A stretch of 24,000 bases of DNA, from the NCBI RefSeq assembly GCF_040605515.1, contig NZ_JBEXCY010000046.1:7621-31620 (forward strand), read 5' to 3'. Made by a program: the position numbers and the translations under genes. This DNA is from Dactylosporangium sp. NPDC005572 (GTDB lineage: Bacteria > Actinomycetota > Actinomycetes > Mycobacteriales > Micromonosporaceae). Of the stretch, positions 8,206 to 15,090 are shown piece after piece. The notes below the pieces were generated by a model. It worked only from the letters and a program-made list of their open reading frames with translations, had not been told where the DNA came from and did not search any database. The first letter of the stretch is position 1. Every line of letters starts with the position of its first letter.

Positions 8206-8276
8206 GAAAGCACGGGGCCCACCAGCAGAAACGACTCCGGTAGGGTGCAGGGCAATTACCACGGGGAGGTACAAAC

Positions 8277-9128
8277 GTGCGTGTCGGCGGACGTCGAAAA
8301 GTGCTAGGTGCGACGATGATGGTGGCGGCCCTGCTGGCCATGGCGGCCTGCGGGCGCAGCGACCACGCCGCGGATGCGGAGAGTGCCGCATCCACCAGCG
8401 TTGCGCCTGAACCCGTCGCCGCTCTTGAGCAGGCGGCGCCTTCGCCGTCGTCGTCTCCCATACCCACCCCTAGTGCTTCGCATCGAAGCCCGTCCAAGTC
8501 GAAGTCGCCCGTCGTGCCGTCGCGCGATGCGGGCAAGGCATCGCAGGCTTTGCCTCCGGCTCCGCACCCGCCCGCGCCGGCGCCCAGTTCGCCGGCGCCG
8601 GGCGCGAGTTGTCCGAGCTACACCGGACCGAAGGCGCCGATGGCCGACGTGCGCGCGGCGCTCGATGCTGCCGCCGCCAAGCAGTTCTGGCCGGTGAGCG
8701 CACCGTCGATCAGGGTGCCGTCCAAACTGCTTTACGCCGTGGCGTGGCAGGAGAGTGGTTGGCAGTCGACGATTGTCGCGTGCGACGGCGGTATAGGGAC
8801 GATGCAGATCATGCCCGCCACGGCGACTTGGATGAACACGAGGTTCGAGAGCTCATACGACGTGAAGACGCTGACCGGCAACGTCATGATCGGTGGCGAA
8901 TACCTCGCCTGGCTCATCAGGTACTTCGGCGATGCGTACTACCAGGGTAGCTACGATCTGTCCGTCCCGGCGCCGGACGGTGGCGTGTCGCTGTTGGACA
9001 GCGTTGTATCGGCATACAACTACGGGCCTGGCGCGGTCGATCCGGTGAAGGGCAAGGCCGGCATCCCCAATTGGCGCTACGTTGACAACGTCGAGGCGCT
9101 GATGACCAACTGTCCCTGCCTGGCGTAG
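8277..9128 (+). CDS. Secreted lytic transglycosylase (SLT domain), probable lipoprotein with a Pro/Ser/Ala-rich linker
   Basis: GGGGAGG SD lies 7 nt upstream of the GTG. The signal peptide has a lipobox-like LLAMAAC, followed by a low-complexity PS-rich linker. The SLT catalytic signature is AVAWQESGWQS...GIGTMQIMPATATWM. Confidence 0.85.
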   Translation: MRVGGRRKVLGATMMVAALLAMAACGRSDHAADAESAASTSVAPEPVAALEQAAPSPSSSPIPTPSASHRSPSKSKSPVVPSRDAGKASQALPPAPHPPAPAPSSPAPGASCPSYTGPKAPMADVRAALDAAAAKQFWPVSAPSIRVPSKLLYAVAWQESGWQSTIVACDGGIGTMQIMPATATWMNTRFESSYDVKTLTGNVMIGGEYLAWLIRYFGDAYYQGSYDLSVPAPDGGVSLLDSVVSAYNYGPGAVDPVKGKAGIPNWRYVDNVEALMTNCPCLA

Positions 9129-9169
9129 AGGCCAACCGCAACTGACGTGATGGGCGATGACCGCTCGGG

Positions 9170-9859
9170 TCAGGGTGCGCTGATCATGATCCGGTCGACG
9201 GACGGCGCGCGATCGTCCGGGTTGCCGAACGTCACGCTGTTGCGGCCCTTCTTGAGATTGATCGTCACCACGGAGCGGCTGCAGCACTTGGCTCCTCCGG
9301 CCACAGTGATCTTGATCGGGCTTCCCCCGGCCACGCTGACCACGGCCGTCCGGGAGTCGTTGGTCACCAGGTACAGCGTCAGCGTGTACGTACCGTCATT
9401 GGGCACGGTGACGTCTGGGAAGGTGAGGGTTCCGGTCTTCTTCGCCCCTGGCCCCAAGCGGCCGAGGTTCTGCACGATGCTGCCACCCGAGGCACCCGTG
9501 TACGGGACGATTTGGGCCGGGCCGCCCAGCTCGGCGGAGCCCGACTCTGCCTCCAGGACGATCGGCTGGAATGGTGGACGAGCGGACGAGTGCGACGGTG
9601 ACGGGGAGGCATTCTGGCTGGGGTCGGCCCCGGCACTCGATGAGGGCGTACCGGCGGTGGCCGGGCCGCTGGGGATGACGTCAGGCTCCCCACCGCCGGC
9701 GCTGCGGTCGTCGGGGGACGACGAGCGCATGGCCACCGACACCGCGATCACCACGCACAGCGTCACGAGAGCCGTGACCACCCAGATCCAGCGACGTCGG
9801 GCGGAGGCGTTCTCCCGGCGGTGACCGAGGTAGCCCGGCGGCTTCGTCACCGTGTTCAC
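9170..9859 (-). CDS. Membrane-anchored protein with a C-terminal CBM6/CBM35-like carbohydrate-binding module
   Basis: It has a basic stretch plus a TM helix (RRRWIWVVTALVTLCVVIAVSV) and a Ser/Pro linker. The C-terminal domain IVLEAESGSAELGGPAQIVPYTGASGGSIVQNLG...GTYTLTLYLVTN...VTINLKKGRNSVTFGNPDDRAPSVDRIMI is typical of CBM6/35-type modules. The start is uncertain: GTG 9859 (GAGGG SD), GTG 9949 (ORF track), or ATG 10061 via a frameshift at a C7 tract (see findings). Confidence 0.75.
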   Translation of the reverse strand: MNTVTKPPGYLGHRRENASARRRWIWVVTALVTLCVVIAVSVAMRSSSPDDRSAGGGEPDVIPSGPATAGTPSSSAGADPSQNASPSPSHSSARPPFQPIVLEAESGSAELGGPAQIVPYTGASGGSIVQNLGRLGPGAKKTGTLTFPDVTVPNDGTYTLTLYLVTNDSRTAVVSVAGGSPIKITVAGGAKCCSRSVVTINLKKGRNSVTFGNPDDRAPSVDRIMISAP

Positions 9860-10223
9860 GTCGCCCTCGGTACTGCCCTGGGGGGGATCCACTGTCGACC
9901 GGACCCACCGCTGCGGCCGGTGGCTCGGCGGTGACCGGAGCAGCCTCACGGAGTGGCGGGTCTGATGGACCCGACGTGGTGCCGCGCGTGGGGTGGACGG
10001 CGGGCTCGGGCATCCAGCCGCCTACGCGCAGCCGGCTGGCGCTCCCGTCGTCACTGGTCATAGGGCATGAATGTAGCCTCCGCCGCCGGGCGGTGCACCT
10101 GACCAGCGGACCCTTCGAGCAGGTCGGCCGGGCCGGCCAGGGTGAGGGCGCGCCAGAGAGCGGACCGGAGCACGCACGGGACCTTGGGCCCTACCTGGCC
10201 GCAGCAGCCCTGCCTAGCCTCGA

Positions 10224-11774
10224 ATGGTGGAGATGGCCGAGTTCGAGCACCGCGTCAGGGGGATCATCGCCGATCCCGCGCTCACGTACCGCCAGCGGCT
10301 GCACCGGCTCGCCGGCATCGCGGAGGAGGCGGTCGCGCCACCCGCGGTCAGTGACGCGTGCCGGGAGGCGCAGGAGAAGGGCGTCATCTGCGACCTCGCC
10401 GAAGGTCACGCACCCTACCGACCCCGGTACGTGCTGCCCGACTACGCCGCCCTGCTCCGCAACGGCTCGGCGTTCCTGGAGCTCGCCCCGCCGCGGGACC
10501 TCGACGAGGCCCTCGCCTTCCTCCTCATCGCGTACACCTCGGTGCCCTCGATCACGACGTACCCGGTGTACCTCGGCGACCTCGACAAGCTGCTCACTCC
10601 CTTCGTCGAAAAGATCAATGACGAGGAGTTGTACCGCCGGCTGCGGCTCTTCTGGATCTCGCTCGACCGGATGCTCCCCGACGCGTTCGTCCACACCAAC
10701 CTCGGACCGGACGACACCCGGGTCGGCCGTACGATCCTGCGGCTGGAACGCGAACTGCTCCAGGTCGTGCCCAACCTGACCCTCAAGGTCGACCCGGCGC
10801 GCACCCCCGACGACCTGTTGCTCGACGGCGTGCGGACCGTCTTCGCCTGCGGCAAGCCGCACTTCGTGAACCACCCGATGATGACCGGCGATCTCGGCCC
10901 GGACTACGCGGCGGTCAGCTGCTACAACTCGCTGAAGATCGGCGGCGGATCCCACACGCTGGTGCGCCTGAATCTCGCCGAGGCGGTCCGGCACTGCCCG
11001 GGCGGGGCGCAGACGTTCCTCGCGCAGACACTCCCGCTGTTCGTCGAGCTGACCGCCGAGCTGATCGAGGCGAGGATTCGGTACCTCGTCGAGACCGCCG
11101 GCTTCTACGCCCACGACTGGCTGGTCGCCGAGGGACTCATCTCGCTGGACCGGTTCTCCGCCATGTTCGGCATCTACGGCCTGGCCGAGGCCGTCGAGGC
11201 GCTGCTCGAACGCGAGGGCAAGCACCTGCGGTACGGCCAGGATGCTGAGGCCAACGAGTTGTCGTATCGGATCACGAGCACCGTGGCGGACCTGGTGGCC
11301 GCGCGTCCCTTGCCGTACTGCGAGGGCAACGGCGGGCGGGCGTTCCTGCACTCCCAGTCCGGCATCGACAGCGACGCCGGCGTGACGGCCGGCACGCGGA
11401 TCCCGGTCGGCCGCGAGCCGGCACTGTTCGAGCACCTCAGCGCGGTCGCCCCGCATCACCGGCTCTTCGCCGCCGGCATCAGCGACGTCCTGCACTTCGA
11501 CGACACCGCGCGGCGCAACCCGCAGGCGGTGGTCGACATCATCCGCGGCGCGTTCGTGAGCGGGATGCGCGACTTCACGTTCAATCTGGACAGCAACGAC
11601 TTCATCCGGATCACCGGCTACCTGGTGCGCAAGTCCGACCTGACCAGGATCGAGTCCGGCGCCCGCCACGAGTCCACGTTCCTCGGCGCCGGCTCGGTCG
11701 CGCAGTCGCACGTCGACCGCCGCGCGCCCAAGCGGGTGATCAGCCATGAAAGCAACCCGCGGCCTGATCGCTGA
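10224..11774 (+). CDS. yjjI: YjjI-family glycyl-radical enzyme (function unknown)
   Basis: 516 aa, the length I recall for E. coli YjjI. A glycyl-radical-type motif FIRITGYLVRK (Gly codon at 11616-11618) lies about 50 aa from the C-terminus. It is immediately followed by, and overlaps, a PflA-like radical-SAM activase, as in the yjjI-yjjW pair. The antisense 814-aa ORF is Arg/Pro/Ala-rich noise. Confidence 0.75.
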   Translation: MVEMAEFEHRVRGIIADPALTYRQRLHRLAGIAEEAVAPPAVSDACREAQEKGVICDLAEGHAPYRPRYVLPDYAALLRNGSAFLELAPPRDLDEALAFLLIAYTSVPSITTYPVYLGDLDKLLTPFVEKINDEELYRRLRLFWISLDRMLPDAFVHTNLGPDDTRVGRTILRLERELLQVVPNLTLKVDPARTPDDLLLDGVRTVFACGKPHFVNHPMMTGDLGPDYAAVSCYNSLKIGGGSHTLVRLNLAEAVRHCPGGAQTFLAQTLPLFVELTAELIEARIRYLVETAGFYAHDWLVAEGLISLDRFSAMFGIYGLAEAVEALLEREGKHLRYGQDAEANELSYRITSTVADLVAARPLPYCEGNGGRAFLHSQSGIDSDAGVTAGTRIPVGREPALFEHLSAVAPHHRLFAAGISDVLHFDDTARRNPQAVVDIIRGAFVSGMRDFTFNLDSNDFIRITGYLVRKSDLTRIESGARHESTFLGAGSVAQSHVDRRAPKRVISHESNPRPDR

Positions 11775-12471
11775 CGTCATCCGCTTCTCCGCCGTCGACG
11801 GCCCCGGCAACCGGTTCGTCGTGTTCCTACAGGGCTGCGACTTCAACTGCCTGGCCTGCCACAACCCGCACACCATCCCGGCCGAGTCGCGCGCGGCGTG
11901 CTGGCGCACGGTGCCCGAGCTCGTCGCGCAGGTACGCGCGACGGCACCGTTCCTGTCCGGCGTCACCGTCTCGGGCGGCGAGGCCACCCGGCAGCCCGAG
12001 TTCCTGCGCGACTTCTTCGCCGCCCTGCACGAGGACGAGCAGCTGGCCCGATTGACCCGGTACGTCGACAGCAACGGCGATGCGCCCCGCCCGGTCTGGG
12101 ACGCCCTGCTGCCGGTGCTCGACAAGGCGATGCTCGACCTCAAGGCCCTCGACCGCGGCCTGCACATCCGCCTGACGGGCAGACCCAATGACCGCGTGCT
12201 GGCCTCGATCCGCCACCTCGCGGCGCACGGCAAGCTGCACGAGGTACGCCTGCTGCTCATACCCGGCGTGAACGACGACGCTCGGACCCTCACGGCGACG
12301 GCGGCCTGGCTCCGCGACGTTGACGCCGGCATCCGGGTCAAGGTCATCGGCTTCCGCCGCCACGGCGTACGAGCCGCCGGCCGGCGCTGGCCAGAGGCCA
12401 CACCGGAGCAGGTCGCCGGCTGGGCCGACACCCTGAGGGCCGCCGGCCTGACCGATATCGACGCGATCTGA
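11746..12471 (+). CDS. yjjW: Glycyl-radical enzyme activating protein (radical SAM, YjjW/PflA-like)
   Basis: The N-terminal FSAVDGPGNRFVVFLQGCDFNCLACHNPHT contains the CxxxCxxC [4Fe-4S]/SAM motif in the context typical of GRE activases, and VTVSGGEATRQPEFL is the GGE SAM-binding motif. It overlaps the upstream GRE gene by 29 nt. Confidence 0.85.
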   Translation: MKATRGLIADVIRFSAVDGPGNRFVVFLQGCDFNCLACHNPHTIPAESRAACWRTVPELVAQVRATAPFLSGVTVSGGEATRQPEFLRDFFAALHEDEQLARLTRYVDSNGDAPRPVWDALLPVLDKAMLDLKALDRGLHIRLTGRPNDRVLASIRHLAAHGKLHEVRLLLIPGVNDDARTLTATAAWLRDVDAGIRVKVIGFRRHGVRAAGRRWPEATPEQVAGWADTLRAAGLTDIDAI

Positions 12472-12705
12472 GGTGGGCCGTGGCGCGGGTCAGGGAGCCT
12501 GCTGCCGGTGAGCAAGTGCGTCGTAGGCGGCCGCCGGCCATGGGAGGTGACGTATGAGCGTGGCCGCCGAGTCGGCCCATCTTCTATGGAGATCCGTTCG
12601 GCGGGTTCGGCCTGGTGGTGGCCGGCAACCGTCAAGGCCGAACGGCCGATTGAGTCGAAGGATGATCATCACTACCGTGTGGCCGTTGTTGCACCATGAA
12701 CGACG

Positions 12706-14796
12706 ATGACGGGGAGCAAAGTGCGCCTTTTGCGCAAGTTCGGCGCCGTTTTCGGGGCAGTAGCTCTTGCGGTGACGGCATTGTCCGGCGTGGCCAATGC
12801 AGCCGCGCCAACCGCTTCGTACGACGCATTCACCATCAACGGAGCTCACAGCTACACCTTCGACACCAGTAACGCCACCATCTCCATGATCGTCGGAGAC
12901 CGCACGCATTTCGACCTCTCGGCCTACGCCAACGGTATAGAACAACGGGCTTTCGTCACGGTGGTCGCGCCGACAGCGCAGACGATCGGCATCGGCACGT
13001 TCCCCATTGCGGGGTCGAGCGATGCCACGCACTACAGGCTGGACATTGTCGCCGGAAACACCCGTTGCATCGAGATGAACGGCTCGCTCGCCATCCATGC
13101 CTTGACGTTCGACCCGGCGACCAACGAGATCACGTCGATCGCGGCCAGCTATTGGACAGACTGTAACGGGTGGCATGGTGAGATCCGCTGGCACTCGGAT
13201 ATGCCCTTCGTGGAGGCCGTTCAGACGCCCAACGACATCAGCTTCGGCAGGGTCGATCTGGGACACAGCTCCCAGGTTCAGACGGTGACGATCACGTCGT
13301 CGGGTATGTCGGCGCTCAAGCTCGGTGCCGCCTCGATCGGCGGGGACACACCGGAGGCCTTCACGATCACCAGCAACACGTGCACCAATGCCACGCTGGA
13401 GTACAGGCAGAGCTGCGCGATCGGTGTCAGAGCCCGGCCCACCGGCCCCGTCGAGCAGCACGCGACACTCACGGTGTTGGACAACAGCAGGTCCGGGAAG
13501 CGGACCATCGGCCTGGGCCTGAGCGGGCATCTCGGCGTCGAAGGCACGTATGTGCCGGTCAACCCGACCCGTCTGCTCGATACCCGGGAAGGCAACGGTG
13601 CGCCGAAGGCGCCGCTCGGCGGCGGCAAGACACTGCACCTGCAGGTGACCGGGCGTGGTGGTGTGCCGTCGAGCAAGGTCTCGGCGGTCGTGCTCAACGT
13701 GACGGTGACCGGTCCGACGTCGGCGGGTTACCTGACGGTCTACCCGTCGGGGATAGCCCGCCCGACGGCGTCGAGCTTGAACTTCCCGGCGGGGTGGACA
13801 GGTGCCAATGGGGTCACCGTGCCGGTCGGTACCAACGGCCAGGTCGACATCTACAACGCGGCCGGCAACACCCACGTCATCGCCGACGTGCAGGGCTACT
13901 ACTACAGCTACGACGACACCCAAACCTTGTGGACGGCCGGGCAGTATTGGCCGACCCAGCCGGAGCGGTTGCTCGACAGCCGAGCCCCGGCGTTCGGCGG
14001 ACCGCTGAACCCATGGGAATACGTGGAGATCCCGGTCAGTTACGGCGCGGCGTACGACGTGCATATCCGGGCCCTGGCGGTGAACATTACCGCGGTCAGC
14101 CCGACAATGAGTGGGTACGTGACGGCGTGGAACGGTCTTGCAGAGCGGCCGAAGGCGTCGACGCTGAACTTCACGCCGGGTTCGGTAGTGCCGAACTTCG
14201 CGGTTGTGCCGACCTCCTGGTGCTTCACGTGCGGCGCTAAAGGTGCTCCGTCGATCGGGGTCGGTAACTTCTCCAGCGGGCGGACGCACATCGTCGTGGA
14301 CATCTTCGGGTTCTACGACGACGGTCAGATCCCTGGTGGCCTGCGATTCCACCCGCTGACACCGACCCGGATCGTCGACACCCGGGACGGACTTGGCGCA
14401 CGCACGTTCACCGGTGCCGGCACCAGCACGGTCGCGGCCCCGTCCGCGGTCGCCAGCGACAACACGTACGCGCTGGTGGCCAACGTGACCGGCGTCGACC
14501 CGGTGAACTCGACCTACCTGAGCCTGTGGGCGACGGGCGACACCAAGCCAACGGTGAGCAACCTGAACCTCACACCACACGAGGTCCGGCCCAACGCCGC
14601 CTTCGTCAACCTCGGCCCCGGCAACAAGTTCAACGTGTTCAACGCCGCATGGAAAGTCGACGTCGTCATCGACGTGTCCGGCACATTCGAGTTCCTACCC
14701 GGATCGGTGCCGTCGGCCCAGAGCAGCAGCTTGGTCCGGCAAGGTCCCCTGCATTCCAGTTCGACCGGCACACCGCAGCGGCAACCGATGCGGTAG
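12706..14796 (+). CDS. Secreted multidomain protein: N-terminal domain, one choice-of-anchor-D-like Ig domain, three unnamed repeats of about 120 aa
   Basis: Signal peptide is LLRKFGAVFGAVALAVTALSGVANA; GTG 12721 has the better SD (GGGGAG + 4 nt). The Ig-like domain reads ISFGRVDLGHSSQVQTVTITSSG...FTITSNTCTNATLEYRQSCAIGVRARP. Three repeats each begin P.R(L/I)(L/V)D(T/S)R and end (D)(V/I).G(Y/F/T)(Y/F), at about 13544-14695. It is a paralogue of the 814-aa protein downstream. Confidence 0.85.
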   Translation: MTGSKVRLLRKFGAVFGAVALAVTALSGVANAAAPTASYDAFTINGAHSYTFDTSNATISMIVGDRTHFDLSAYANGIEQRAFVTVVAPTAQTIGIGTFPIAGSSDATHYRLDIVAGNTRCIEMNGSLAIHALTFDPATNEITSIAASYWTDCNGWHGEIRWHSDMPFVEAVQTPNDISFGRVDLGHSSQVQTVTITSSGMSALKLGAASIGGDTPEAFTITSNTCTNATLEYRQSCAIGVRARPTGPVEQHATLTVLDNSRSGKRTIGLGLSGHLGVEGTYVPVNPTRLLDTREGNGAPKAPLGGGKTLHLQVTGRGGVPSSKVSAVVLNVTVTGPTSAGYLTVYPSGIARPTASSLNFPAGWTGANGVTVPVGTNGQVDIYNAAGNTHVIADVQGYYYSYDDTQTLWTAGQYWPTQPERLLDSRAPAFGGPLNPWEYVEIPVSYGAAYDVHIRALAVNITAVSPTMSGYVTAWNGLAERPKASTLNFTPGSVVPNFAVVPTSWCFTCGAKGAPSIGVGNFSSGRTHIVVDIFGFYDDGQIPGGLRFHPLTPTRIVDTRDGLGARTFTGAGTSTVAAPSAVASDNTYALVANVTGVDPVNSTYLSLWATGDTKPTVSNLNLTPHEVRPNAAFVNLGPGNKFNVFNAAWKVDVVIDVSGTFEFLPGSVPSAQSSSLVRQGPLHSSSTGTPQRQPMR

Positions 14797-14903
14797 ATCG
14801 ACTCAACCAGTTGTTCAGCTGAGCAAAGGATTCATGCCTGCTGACCTGGGTTGGTGTGGCATCCCGCGCCGGTGGCGGGAATAGTCAGGGATTGAAACTG
14901 GCG

Positions 14904-14936
14904 GCCCGCAGCGCACGACCTCGGTGCGCTGCGGGC
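14904..14936. terminator. Shared hairpin terminator between the convergent paralogues
   Basis: Perfect 13-bp stem GCCCGCAGCGCAC (14904-14916) / GTGCGCTGCGGGC (14924-14936) with a 7-nt loop. It lies 108 nt after the + gene stop and 155 nt after the - gene stop. Flanking T-runs are only partial (..ttacgttctt / ..cagtttc). Confidence 0.5.
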
Positions 14937-15090
14937 TGCGTTACGTTCTTCGTCATTCGCGATTTCACGCGTACCGCGGGATCAGGTCATGCATCCGTCC
15001 GTCCGACCCGTCGTATCCATTCACACCAATCCGCAGCGACCGATACACCCCGAAAGCGGCGCAACCTGAGATTCATCGATGGAGTCCGGC

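Noticed and set aside
8130-8276. Possible ydaO-type (c-di-AMP) riboswitch upstream of the SLT cell-wall hydrolase gene, a known association in Actinobacteria. Motifs seen: GCACGGGGCCCACC, GGTAGGGTG, and a second ACGGGG.
   Set aside because: The highly conserved 3' block (..CCCGAA.CCG.CAGCTAACCTCGTAAGCG) and the GGGGTGAATCC block are absent. The second ACGGGG is simply the SD region, and the space is too short. cmsearch could confirm the negative.
1895-8276. Calling the accessory stretch a mobile_element feature.
   Set aside because: No integrase, recombinase, transposase, relaxase, terminal inverted repeats or att-type direct repeat of the tRNA-like 3' end could be found by eye. It is kept as a hypothesis in the findings only.
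12554-12709. 51-codon upstream ORF with a good SD (GGGAGGTG + 4 nt) whose TGA overlaps ATG 12706 of the 696-aa gene (ATGA).
   Set aside because: GC3 is only about 65%, against more than 85% in real genes here. The peptide is basic and low-complexity with no recognisable features. The better start of the downstream gene may be GTG 12721, which removes the coupling. It is left unannotated, though Ribo-seq could revisit it.
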